A DNA stretch of 64,000 nucleotides from the NCBI GenBank assembly GCA_951406725.2, contig OX597840.1, forward strand, positions 7,874,001-7,938,000, given 5' to 3'. Source of the DNA: Octopus vulgaris (taxonomy: Eukaryota). Both the position numbers and the translations under genes were made by a program. The notes under the pieces are model-generated. The model was not told the DNA's origin and ran no database searches. It saw only the letters and a list, made by a program, of their open reading frames with translations. The first letter of the stretch is position 1. Every line of letters starts with the position of its first letter. This document shows positions 26,428-38,841 of this stretch, piece after piece.

Positions 26428-26646
26428 CAGGTCACTGCCTGGAATTGAACTCGAAATCTTGGGGTTAGTAGCCCGTGCTCTTAACCCCAAGATTCCAAGT
26501 TCGATTCCAAGCAGTGACCCGAATAATAATGATAATATCAAAAAACACCTAAGGAAAGAGAACCCGTGTTTGAAATTTCCCCTAGACACCTGATGAAGGC
26601 TGGAGGATTTATCAGCTGAGACATTGCATTAACAACAAACAAGATG
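26394..26646. mobile_element. Palindromic tRNA-like / hammerhead-bearing element, copy 1
   Basis: Inverted arms caggtcactgcctggaattgaactcgaaatcttgggg / ccccaagattccaagttcgattccaagcagtgacc; CTGATGA-stem II-GAGAC at 26590-26622. Confidence 0.75.
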
Positions 26647-26943
26647 GGCCCTGGTTGAAAACCACTGCTTTAAATAAAGTTACCATGCAGTTGTCATCAG
26701 TTACCCTTCACATGTGATGACAAGACGTTTGTCATTGCTCTGACTGATGAACACAATGATGGAAATCTTCTTAACACTCTTAAACGTTCCTGACAATTGT
26801 ATAAATTTGCAGAACCGTCCAACTCCATGTCAGTGTGGTAACTATGGTGCAAAAGAAAAACCAAAAAAAAAGTTCGAGTTTTCCAAAGTCAAGTGGAGTC
26901 GACTGAGCAAATTCTAATGTTTTTATTGATTTTCCAATTTCAG

Positions 26944-27114
26944 AATATGTCTCAGCCAGTACAGCCTGGCATTGGCTTGTCGCCAACTGCTGGAGGTGGT
27001 GGACCACGTATGCCAGCAGCTACTACCGGAATGGCGGGAACAGATTTGTTTGGCGCCAAGCCTCCTACAACAAAATCTCAAACCCAACCAAATGATCCAT
27101 TTGGTGCTTTGTGA
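26944..27114 (+). CDS. PICALM: PICALM/AP180 last coding exon: NMSQPVQPGIGLSPTAGGGGPRMPAATTGMAGTDLFGAKPPTTKSQTQPNDPFGAL*
   Basis: Acceptor ttttccaatttcag, phase 0. Contains DLF and DPF adaptor-binding motifs and the DPFGAL C-terminus I recall from invertebrate AP180/LAP. The exon continues as UTR to a donor AAA|gtaagt after 27141. Confidence 0.9.
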   Translation, partial: NMSQPVQPGIGLSPTAGGGGPRMPAATTGMAGTDLFGAKPPTTKSQTQPNDPFGAL

Positions 27115-27274
27115 AAGCCGAAATTTTTATTGGCCATCAAAGTAAGTCTTCTTGTATTTCCATCTTTGTTTTCTGTTGTTTTTTTAATTTGTTTCTTTGC
27201 ATTTACCATTCTTTAGCATTTCTTCCCTTTCTATACCAGTGTGTGTGTGTGTTTTGTCTATTGTTCTTTACATT

Positions 27275-27915
27275 TGGTGTTAGGAAGGGCATCCAGCTGT
27301 AGAAACATAGCCAGATCAGACTGGAGCTTGGCACAGCCCACTGGCTTGCCAGTCCCCTAGTCAAACCGTCCAACCCATGCTAGCATGGAAAATGGACGTT
27401 AAACAATGATGATGATGAATTCAAATTCCAACATGGTCAGCTTTGCTTTTCATCCTTTCGGGGCTCAGTGAAATAAAGTACCAGTCATGTACTGGGGTGA
27501 ATGTAATCAACTGTCACCCGTCCCCTAAAATTGCTGACCCTAAGCCTATACTAGAAAGAATTATCATTATTAACCCTTTAGTGTTTAAACCGGCCACATC
27601 TGGCCCAGTATATTCTCCATGTTTTATATTTGAACTAGCCATATCTAGCCTCTCACACCTAACCTACATTGACATTCTAAAAATAAACACTCACATCATT
27701 GAAACTTCAAAGCTGTAAGATAATGCATGATTAATTCAAAACAATTTGAGTGAAAAATTATTACATTTAACGGAGTAATCTGAACACTAAAGGATTAAAG
27801 CAGTCATCATCATCATCGTTTAACATCCGCTTTCCATGCTGGCATGGGTTGGACGATTTTGATTGAGGACTGGGGAACCAGATGGTTGCGCCAGGCTCCA
27901 ATCTGATCTGGCAGA
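27275..27915. mobile_element. SINE C (+, 27275-27417), SINE B fragment, P1 MITE (27574-27794) and SINE C (-, 27805-27915)
   Basis: Similarity to other in-window copies. Confidence 0.8.
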
Positions 27916-28663
27916 GGTGCTAGTTACGTGACATTGGGGTCGGCCACAACTACCATATTTGAGTCTCTAGCACACTTGTACACACATTGGAGTTGACTAC
28001 TCATCCTAACACCATATGTTCTGAGTTCAAACCTAGCCATGGTCAACTTTAGCTTTTATCTTCCTGGGGTTTATAAAAATGAGTACTGGTCAGTAAAATA
28101 AATACTGTGATGGACAGGTATCATAGGTGGTAGTGCTGTAGCATGGCCAAAGTCCTGTCATTGAATTAAGGTTGAAAGAGGGCTGTCTATAGAAATCTAT
28201 TGGATGGGCTGTGTGGGTTATTGTGTGCTCAAATAAACCCATCGTCCTGTTAAACACAATCAACATCAGCATCACTACCATAGCCCCCACTGCCACCACC
28301 ACCACCACCACACAGCCTTGCTGCTTGCAAGACTGTTGTGTTTATCCCTGTCATAAGCATCCACACTAGATCTCCCAGTCTGTGGAGAGATAAGTCCACA
28401 TCTTGTGACATCATTGTTCTCAACAGCATCAACCGATAAGTCATGACCAGTTCATTCTTATGTCTACCCCTATCAATATCCGAGACCCCTGCAAAACAGC
28501 AAAGGACATAACCTGTCTGTTTTGACATGGGCAATAAATTACATGAGGGAAACAGAGCAGAAAATTTAAATTTTAGACAAAGATTAAAAAACACAAATTG
28601 TTTTTTTTTTCTTGTATTCACTGAAGTTTTTTTTTTTTTTGTTAACTCAATTGTTTGCTTTCA

Positions 28664-29008
28664 TGATATACCCTCCTCCGGCCTTCATCAGGTGTCTTGG
28701 GGAAATTTCGAACCTGGGTTCTCATTCCTAAGGTATTTTTCGATGTTATTATTACTATTCAGGTCACTACGTGGAATCAAACTCGGAACCTTGGGGTTAA
28801 GAGCACGGGCTACTAACCCTAAGATTCCGAGTTCGATTCCAGGCAGTGACCTGAATAATAATAATAATAATAACATCAAAAAATATCTTAGGAATGAGAA
28901 CCGAAGTTTGAAATTTCCCAAAGATACCTGATGAAGGTTGGAGGGTATATCAGCTGATACGTTGTCTTAACAACAAGATAAGGACAAATATCCGTCAAAT
29001 GTAAATAA
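28664..29008. mobile_element. Palindromic tRNA-like / hammerhead-bearing element, copy 2
   Basis: ~140-bp inverted arms centred on 28793-28820; CTGATGA on + at 28928 and on - at 28685-28691; right-hand tail shared with copy 1. Confidence 0.8.
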
Positions 29009-29131
29009 AATTATTTTTAAATACCCCTCACACCCTGTATTTCTTTTATAATTGTTTTCTTTTTTTATTTTATCTAATATTTTTTTCTCCATATAAGACT
29101 ACATATACCCTTTTTTTTCTAATTCTTTCAG

Positions 29132-29164
29132 GTGCTCTTGTGAACCAAGTACAGCAATATATAT

Positions 29165-29202
<38 letters not shown>

Positions 29203-29373
29203 GTGGACATCTACACACAATCAACCATACATACCAATAATATATATTGTGATACACTGACACACACACACACACACATGCACACACATATATATATATA
29301 CAGACGTATACAAACTCATACATATATAGTTAAATGTCTATACATACATACACACATATATAGATGTATGTAC

Positions 29374-29417
<44 letters not shown>

Positions 29418-30312
29418 TATGTTTGTGTATATGTATGTATGTATGTATGTAGAACATTGGCCCAGTGTATATAATGAACCTATTTCCCAGTCTCCCTGCA
29501 CTAAGAGGACACGATAATACGGACACAGCTTGGACACTTCTTTGTCTTTCTCTCTTTCTCTCTCTCTCTCTGTCCCTCTCTCTCTCTTATACTCTCACTC
29601 AGTTTCACTCACACTCACACTCTAACACTGGATATGAAGTATGACTCGAAGGAACCTTGAAGTAGTTTTGTCCAACGACAGAACAGTTGAGATGTACAGT
29701 TTGTTATTCTATAATTATTATTATTATTATTATCATTATTATTATTATTATTATTTTTAGCTTTTTGGGGCTTTTTTTCTTTTTTGCAATGATGTACAGC
29801 CAATTATCTACTTACACACACACAATCATACATACATACACAATAGATGTATATTATATATATATATATTTTTAGGATATATAATGCACACAGATGTAGT
29901 ATATATTGCATATGCTATATAGTATTTCATGCATATTTATATCACATGTATGAATATATATATATATATACGTGTGTGTGTGTATATGTGTAATACATAA
30001 TAGTATATAGTATATGTATATATAGTGTATATATAGTATATATATTATATTTATATAGTATTTACTATATATATGCATACATATTTATTATATATACACA
30101 TACAAATATTACGTTTGCATGTGTATATATATATATCTGTGTATGTATATAGTTTGTACACACACCTTTAACAATCAGATATATATATATATATGGAGTC
30201 CAGTGATAGTCAGACATGCCAAGTATACAACTAGAGACCATTATGGATTTGAATGACAGGTTGAGTATACCTATGCCAGTGACCAGTCAAACTGGGTGTG
30301 TGTGTATGTATA

Positions 30313-30354
<42 letters not shown>

Positions 30355-30430
30355 TATATATATATATATATATATATATGTGCATATATGCACGGAGCTC
30401 AAAAGTAAATAAACACTATCTTTTTTGAAA
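29132..30430 (+). other. PICALM: Probable terminal non-coding (3'-UTR) exon of the PICALM/AP180 gene; 3' end uncertain
   Basis: Strong acceptor ttttttttctaattctttcag ending at 29131, matching the unused donor after 27141. AATAAA at 30408-30413 and another at 31599-31604. Confidence 0.5.
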
Positions 30431-30686
30431 GATTTATTTCTAGAAAGAAAATGTCCTTTGGTGCATTTATAAATACTTAATCTAGTATTTTAGTAGATGT
30501 TGCTTGCGCAGTTTTTTATTGATTCCTCCTGTTTGGGCATCGTACTAATGTTTAGCATCCACACAAGATAAAAACGGTTTTAACGAAGATTTAACGAAGA
30601 GAGGTGTCTATTTATTTTTCGAGACGTCTGTGCATGTGTGTGTGTATATATAAATATATATGTGAAATAACAAACAATCAATTAAT

Positions 30687-30727
<41 letters not shown>

Positions 30728-31839
30728 TGATGATCGATGAACAGGCAAAAAGAAAATTTTGAATAATCTTAAAAGAAATCAATGGGAAAAAAAAAAAAAA
30801 AATCAACAGAGAGAGACAAAAAAAAAAAAAAAACCCACCCTGATCCTCCCTCAAATCCTTTTTTCTTTGTCCTCGACCTGCCCCCCTCCCCGTCTTGTTC
30901 TTCACTTTTTCCCAACCTGATATAGTTGTAGTAGATAAAAAAAAAAAAATCCACTTCAATAATAACAACAACAGCAACACTATCACCACCACCACCACAA
31001 TTCCATTCCTCCTCCTCCTCCTACTACTCTTCGTCTTACCTCAAAACTTTCACCTGCCTCTTTACGTCTTGTACACAAGAAAGGAAGATAAAAATTGACG
31101 ACAAAACGATCTGATTTGATTTGATCTGGTCTGGTGCAGCAGTAGTTGTAGTAGTAATGATAATTGTAATAATAATAATAATAATAATAATGATATTATA
31201 ATGGTGTAGAAAGCAAATTATGTTTGGCTTAAAAAAAAAAAAATGTTGACCACTTCCTTCCTGCCTTCCTCTCTCAACCCACCTCATGCATATATACACA
31301 TGAAGTACATACACACACACACACACTCTCATATATATGTATATATATATGCCACACACATATACACCTGTCTTTGAGGGTTGACAATCTTTTGCAAGGA
31401 AATAATCTTTGGGGAAGGTAAATCGAAGAGATTTATTTATTTTATGATATTGATGATGATGATGATGATTATGATGATTATTTGGTGATGGTGGTGATGG
31501 GTGTGGTGATGGTGGTGGCTGTGGTAGTATGATGATTTCTGTGTGTGTATATACACTCTCTCTCTCTTTCTCTCTCTCTCGCACACACACACACACATAA
31601 TAAATTAATGGAAACCAGTAAAAACACAAGAGGCACAAGTTTTCACAAAGGTGTTATTTTATGCTTGAAAGGGAAAAAAATGAAGATATTTCAGACATGG
31701 AATACTTCATCAGGAAAATATAAAAAAGGGGGGAAAAAAACGAAAAAGGATAGTGGAAAGATAGAGAGAAAAAAAAATTGGTTATGGGCCAGGTGAGAAT
31801 GCTATTCTGTGAGGAAGTTGTGATGGGAAGATACAGATA

Positions 31840-32001
31840 GGCGCAGGAGTGGCTATGTGGTAAGAAGCTTGCTTACCAACTACATTGTTCCGGGTTCAGT
31901 CCCACTGCATGGTACCTTGGGCAAGTGTCTTCTACTATAACCTCAGGCTGACCAAAGCCTTGGGAGTGGATTTGGTAGACAGAAACTGAAAGAAGCCCAA
32001 C

Positions 32002-32041
<40 letters not shown>

Positions 32042-32231
32042 TTGTCCCCTTCCCACCATCGCTTGACAACCAATGTTGGTATGTTTATGTCCCCGTAAGT
32101 TTGCAATTCGGCAAAAGAGGCCAATAGAATAAGTACTAGGCTTATAAAGAATAAGTCCTGGGGTCGCTTGATTAAACTGAAAGTCATGCTCCAGCATGGC
32201 TGCAGTCAAATGACAGAAACAAGTAAAAGAA
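31840..32231 (+). mobile_element. SINE family A, full length
   Basis: Same head, core and tail as the other copies. Confidence 0.88.
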
Positions 32232-32778
32232 TATATATATATATTATAGACACACACCTATACAATATGTTACTCTCAATACCATAATGACCACCACCGA
32301 TAGGGCACCAACCGAGGACCATTACAAACCCCTTGTCTACCCATAACGACATCACCAACACCATCAGCTATAATGGAAAAAAATACAACCAGCCCCAACA
32401 CCACCATCACCACCCAAAGCAGGTCGTGTTTGTTTTCCATGTTTATCATTTTGATTGTTTCTTTCCAAAATCTGAAACATTACCTCAGCAAACCTACACA
32501 CATACTATATATATATGTGTGTGTATATTTATATGTGTGTGTGTATGTATATGTATATATACACACATACACACAATCATGGTGGTTCTGCTGGAAGATC
32601 TCTTTTGTTTTCGTGTTCTTGCTATGTCTTTTGTTTCCATATTTTTAAAAATTTCATCCGAAAGAAATGCTTTTTTTTTTTATATATATGTATATATTTT
32701 CGTTTGTACATTTTCCATTTTTATTTGTCGTTACCTCATATCTGACACATACATACATACATATATATATGTATATAT

Positions 32779-33088
32779 ATCATGGAACCTTGGTATAAGA
32801 ATCTAATTTGTTCCTGAAGACTGTTCTTCGCCCGAAATATTTGTAAACTGAAATTGTTTTTCCCCCCCATAGGAAATTCAAGAGAATGCACAGTAAATTT
32901 CAGTAGGGATGGGCACTAAGAGAAAGCTAGACAGCAACCCCTTGGTACTCCCAGTTTGTTGTCAACTGTTGTTCCCAGCTTGTTTGTTATTTAAGACACC
33001 GTTCATCACCTGAGATGTTTTATGTTTGATAAATTGTTCGTAAACCAATTTGTTTGTGATGAGAGGTATAAGGAAACCAAGATTCCAC
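32779..33088. mobile_element. Degenerate Tigger/pogo-like MITE
   Basis: Imperfect termini catggaaccttggt ... accaagattccact in a TA context. Confidence 0.4.
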
Positions 33089-33769
33089 TATATATACATA
33101 TATATATACATACATACATACATACATATATATACCCGAGATTTATTGGTAGAGTATCTGACTCCTGATGTCTGGAATTATTTGATTACAACCTTTCTTC
33201 TCGCTTTAATTTCCTTCCATAGTTAATAATTCCCTACTACCTTACCCTCAAAAAACTCCCAACCCCGACCAAAAGCTGTGCCCTTGTGCCCGTCATAGAA
33301 CTTATTAAATTTACAAGTCAGAGGAAGACAGTCTGTAAAACTAAATATTACATAGGATTTAGTTTAGATCTGTGTCCATATCTCATGAGGTTGGTCTTCA
33401 TCATTGTCAGCGGGGATGCGAATAGCGTACTACCTTAGAAATTGTCATTAGCATGTTGGGTGGAACATCAGACTAAATATCTCATGATATATTTATACAC
33501 ATAAGGAATCCACTCATGATATATTTATAAACATAAGGAATCCACATAAGGAATACACAATTATGTGTATAAATATACACTATATCGTATGACTTATAGT
33601 CTTCTTGACTAATTTTTTTTGCACGTTAGACCACTGGAAATGTAAATTTTGATTGAATGATTTAATTTTAATTAAATTCCATTTCCCTTTGACATGATTA
33701 AATATCTCATGATATACATAGAGATGTATATATAATTTTTTTTTTTTTTTTTTACTTTTCCATAGTCAA

Positions 33770-36700
33770 CTAACCGTGACATCAACTTTGCCTTTCATCT
33801 ATCTGGGGGATCAAAAGAAAGTACCAGTCATGTACTGGGGTAAATCTAAATGGCAAACCTATTCCCCTTGTGCTGCTGTTTATAATTTCAAACAGTGTTA
33901 TTTACCTTTCATCCTTCTGGGATTGGGGTTTATTTAATTGGCTACCCTGACCTCCACAAAAATTTACGCATATATGCGAAGCCCTTATTATTAGGGCAGC
34001 GACCTGGCAGGGTCGTTAGCATGTCGGACAAACGGCTTTGCAGTATTTTTTTCAGATCTTTATTTTACTGAGTTCAAATTCTGCCAAGGGGTCAACTTTG
34101 CCCTTCATCCTTCAGAGGTTGATAAAACAAATACTGGGGGGTCAATGTAATCGACTTCCCCTTCCATTTTAAATTGTTAGCATTGTGTCAGGATTAAGAA
34201 GGATTATTGTTTATTAAAGCAGCACGCTAGGCAAAATACTAAGTGACATTTCGTCCGACTTGATGTTCTGGGTTCAAATGCCACCGAGGTCAACTTTGCC
34301 TTTCATCCTTCCAGAGTTGATAAATGAAGTAACAGTGTAACCGACTAAACCCCTCCCCACAAATTTCAGGCCTTTTACCTTTAGTAGAATAGATTATTAT
34401 TATTATTATTATTATTATAGACAAAAATAAAGTTTCTTGACTAAATGCTAGTAACTCTGTTTCAAGCCAAAGCCAGCTTCTCACATCATGGGAATAATTA
34501 CCGGTCAGGTATAGGGGTTGGGCGGAGGCAGTAGGGAGGGAAGGGCTGGGCCTATTCATTGACAATTCCTAACCCCTTCCCCCCATCCATTTTTCCTAGG
34601 TAACTAATCACAATCATCATCATTCCTTTTACACCCCCCTCATTGAAACCGACTGCACCATTCACCCTTCCCCTATAGCAGTGGGTCACATATATATATA
34701 TATATATATATGCGCATATATATATACACACACAGGCACTCACACATATATATATATACTAGTAATATACTCTGGTTTGAATCAGACTTCAACAACCCCT
34801 TGTCACCCCCAACTCTCTCCCAGTCCGCCTGCTCCCCTTCTGTGGCTTTGTGCGCCAGTGTCAGATGTTATTATTATTATTATTAATATTGTTATTATTA
34901 TTATTATTATTATCTTCCTTCTCACCGAAGAAGTCAAGTGTTTGCCTTTTTCTTTCTTTCTTTTTTTTTTTTTTTTTCCATTCATTCTGTGTGTGTATCG
35001 AGGTCTTGGTAGAAATCAGCACCAGTAATATATTTGGGTCCATTCCAGTGACTATACTGCTTGTCTGCAATCTTTGTGGACTTATTATTGCCTCCGCAAA
35101 AGAAATCATCCTTTTAACCATTGATAATAATAATAATGATGATATTAATAATATTATTATTATTATTATTATTACTATTGTTGTTGTTGTTATATATATA
35201 TAAAAACAGTTTTGTCTATTCATGTTTTGAGTTCAAATATTGCTGGTTATTTTATCATTTTTTTCCCTTTTATTTTATTTATTTATTTTTTTCATTTTTT
35301 TATTTTGACTTTTCATCCTCAACGGTCTATAAAAAAAAAAAAAAGTCTTACCAGTAACGTGCATATATGTGTCAACTTTTTTTTTTTGCCTTTTCTCAAG
35401 GCATTTTTTGCCTTGGGTTAATTTAGAAAAATAAACCCAGTCAGGTACTGGGTTCAATGGACAAACCCCCATCCTCTGAAAATTACCGCCCTTGGGCCTT
35501 AATCTCAAACCATTATTATCAAACTATTATTATTATTATTGTTATTATTATTATTATTATTAATTCTGAGTTAAAATTCTGAGGTCAACTTTGCATTTCA
35601 TCCTTTTAGGGGTCAATGAAATAAGTACCAGTCAAACACTGGGGTAATTGTAATCAATCAGCCACCTTCCCCGAAATTTCAAATCTATACTAGAAAGGAT
35701 TATTATTCATCATCCTGAGTTCTAAATCCTCCAAGGTCGACTTAGCATTTTATTCTTCCAGGGTCGATAAAATATCAATGTAACTGTCTAACCCCTCCCC
35801 CCCAAAATTTCGGCCTCGTGCCTATTGTAGAAAGGCAGTTATTGGCAGTGGTTGGTTAAACATATTACCCTTGTACTATTTAGTTATATCCCTTATGTGA
35901 TCTGATTTTGAAATAACCTGCTAAAGTGCTGAGTATGTATTTAATCAAATCTAACCTTGCCCACCACAAAAAAAAAACAAAAAAAAACTAAGTCCTTTGT
36001 GCCTATTTTAGAAATTATTAATGCTATGAGTTGGCAGAATTTCGGGGCATGTCACACAAAATACTTAACAAACAGCTTGCAAAAAAAAATGCTGTTTTGC
36101 CAAGGTCAGATTTTCCTGTCAACCTTTTGAGCGTTGATAAAAATAAAGTGCTAATCAAGTACTGGGGCCCAATGACTTCAACAAAGCACTCTCTTTGTAG
36201 AATGGTTGGCCCTGGTGAGCTGGCAGAATTGTTAGCACATCAGACAAAATGCTTACTTGTATTTCTTTCAGCTCTTTACTTTCTGGGTCTACTTTGCTTT
36301 CTCATCCTTTTGGGGTTGATCAAATTAGCACCAGCCAAGTACTGCAGTTGATTGTAGCAACTAGAATCACTAGCTCTGTACCTAAATTACAAGCTATTAT
36401 TTTAACCCTTTCGTTACTGTATTTCTGTTGAGATGCTCTGTGTTTCTTTCGATTACTTTAAATATAACAAAGAATTTAGTAAAATAACTTAGTTATCATT
36501 CAGCTAGTGTTAGGAACATAAATTGTGAATAAGGTTTGGGGGAAGATTTTAATTCTAAACTTATGGAAACAAGACATTTGTACTCAGAGCCAGAGACGGT
36601 TTCAGCCAGGTTGATAACGAAAGGGTTAAATATAATAAAGAATTTAGTGAAATAACTTAGTTATCATTCAGCTAGTGTTAGGAACATTAATTGTGACTAT

Positions 36701-37985
36701 GGTTTGGTGGAAGATTTTAATTCAGAAATTTTGAAAACAAGACATTTGTACTCAGAGCCAAAGCCGGTTTCAACCAGGTTGGTAATGAAAGGGTTATGAC
36801 AACATGTTGGCAGAATTGTTAGGATGCCAGACAAAAACTTTGAGTGACATCTCGTCTAGCTTAACATTCTGAGTTCAAATTCCACTGAAGTCAACTTTAC
36901 TTTTCATCTTTCCAGGGTTGATAAAATAAATACCAGTTGTGTACTAGGGTCAATATAATCAGCTAACCCCCTTCCCCAAAATTTCAATAAATACCAGTAA
37001 TATAATTAGCTAACACCCTTCCCTGAAATTTCAGACCTTGGCAGCGAGGTGGCAGAATCGTTAGCACATCTGACAAAATGCTTAACGACATTTCTTCTAG
37101 CTTAAATTAATAAATTAAGATATGTTCTGGCCAAAGATTGGCCCAGGCCGTCTCTAATTTAAGTAATTTTTAAGTGAAGTTTTCTGGTATCATGACCCAT
37201 TTAAGTAGAGAGTTGTTGTTGATTGAGATGTATCTAGGTATGGGTGGCTTATCTGGTGTCCCTTGAAGAAATTTGTCTAGCTTTTTTACATTCTTAGTTC
37301 AAATCTTTGCCTAGATATCAGTCAAGTACTGGAGTTGGGGTTACTAACTGACCCCACACTTCTCAAAATCACTGGCCCCGTACCTAAATCATAAACCATT
37401 ATTATTATTACTATTATTATTATTACTCCACTAAGGTTGACTTTGCTTTCACCCTTTCAGGGTCAATGAAATAAAGTACCAGCTAAGCACTGAGATTGAT
37501 GTAATCGAACTGACCCCACCACCACAACCAAAAAAAAAAAAAAATTAAAGGTCCTGAGCCCTATAGTAGAAAAGATTATTATTATTATTATCAAAAAGGC
37601 AGCTAGCTGGCAGAATATTTAGTGGTACCTCGTCCATCTTTACGTTCCGAGCTCAAATTCCGCCAGGGTTGATTTTGCCTTTCATTGTTGATAAAATAAG
37701 TACCTGGGGGGTCAATGTGATCAACTCGACCCCTTCCTCCAAATCTGCTGGCCTTGTGCTCGAATTTGAAACTATCATTAAGGCCACAAGCCGGCAGGAT
37801 CGTTAGCAAACCGGGCAAAACGCTTAGCAGCAATTCTTCTAGTTTTTACATTCTGAGCTCAACTTTGCCCCTTTGGAGGGGATCGATAAAATAAGTACCT
37901 GTCAAGCACTGGGGTTGATACGAGTGACTAGCCCCCATCCCCCCAAAATTTTAAGGCCTTGCGCCTATTATAATAGAAAGGATTA
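33770..37985 (+). mobile_element. Dense array of degenerate SINE family B copies separated by (ATT)n
   Basis: More than a dozen same-orientation tcaactttgcctttcatcct / aagtaccag...ctgggg motifs. Confidence 0.75.
36406..36793 (+). mobile_element. piggyBac-like MITE P2 plus a tandem partial duplicate
   Basis: TTAA-CCCTTTCGTTAC...AACGAAAGGG-TTAA (36406-36625), followed by a repeat of its 3' ~165 bp. Confidence 0.85.
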
Positions 37986-38452
37986 TTGTTGTTATTATTA
38001 TCATTATTATTATTATTAATCATCATCATCACTGTTCATATTTTACCCTTCATCTTTGAATGTCCCCTAACCCCTATCTGTATGCTAAACACGCATGCTT
38101 TCTAGATCTGCTTTATGTAACATAGTAGAGAACTCTTAAACAAGGTCTGCCTCTGTTAAAAAGCTCAATATTATTATTATTATTATTATTATTATTTCAT
38201 TTTTTTTTTCTGTTAATCAATCAGTAATATTAAAGTCTATTATGAAAAAAGAAAAGACAAAAAATTCAAACAAAAATAAAAATCTTAGTTGCTTCCATTT
38301 GAATTTAAATCTGGAGAACAAGAAGATAAATCTGGTAATCCTACATTGGATAGAAATGGGTGTGTATATGTTTGTGTATATTTTATATGTGTGAGTATAT
38401 ATATATATATGTGTGTGTGTATGTATATGCGTGTAAGGATATAGGTATATAT

Positions 38453-38749
38453 GGGGGCACGTGGCCTAGTGGTTAGAGCAGCAGGCTCGTGGTTGAGGGA
38501 TCGCGGGTTCGAATCTCAGACCGGGCGATGTGTGTGTTTATGAGCGAAACACCTAAGCTCCACACGGCTCCGGCAGAAGGTAATGGCGAAACTTCTGCTG
38601 ACTTTTTCGCCATAACTTTCTCTCACTCTTTCCTCCTGCATCTTGCAGCTCACCTGCAACGGACCGGCATCCCGTACAGGTAGGGAACCTATACGCCAAG
38701 TAAACCGGCCCTTATGAACCAAGCATGGCTTGAGAAGGAACAAACAAAC
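38453..38749 (+). mobile_element. SINE family D, full length
   Basis: Near identical to 11552-11863. Confidence 0.9.
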
Positions 38750-38766
38750 AGCATGTATGCATATGA

Positions 38767-38803
<37 letters not shown>

Positions 38804-38841
38804 AGTGTGTATCTATATGTATATATATAATAATATTAGAC

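Larger units (their letters stand above)
25583..26667. mobile_element. hAT (Charlie-like) non-autonomous element hosting nested insertions
   Basis: TIRs CAGGGGTTCTCAACC / CAGTGGTTTTCAACC (13/15) with a perfect 8-bp TSD ctttaaat at 25575-25582 and 26668-26675. Confidence 0.85.

Noticed and set aside
32815-32845. CTGAAGA...GAAA spacing resembling a hammerhead
   Set aside because: No stem II or stem I pairing; it lies within a degenerate Tigger-like element, so it is treated as chance.
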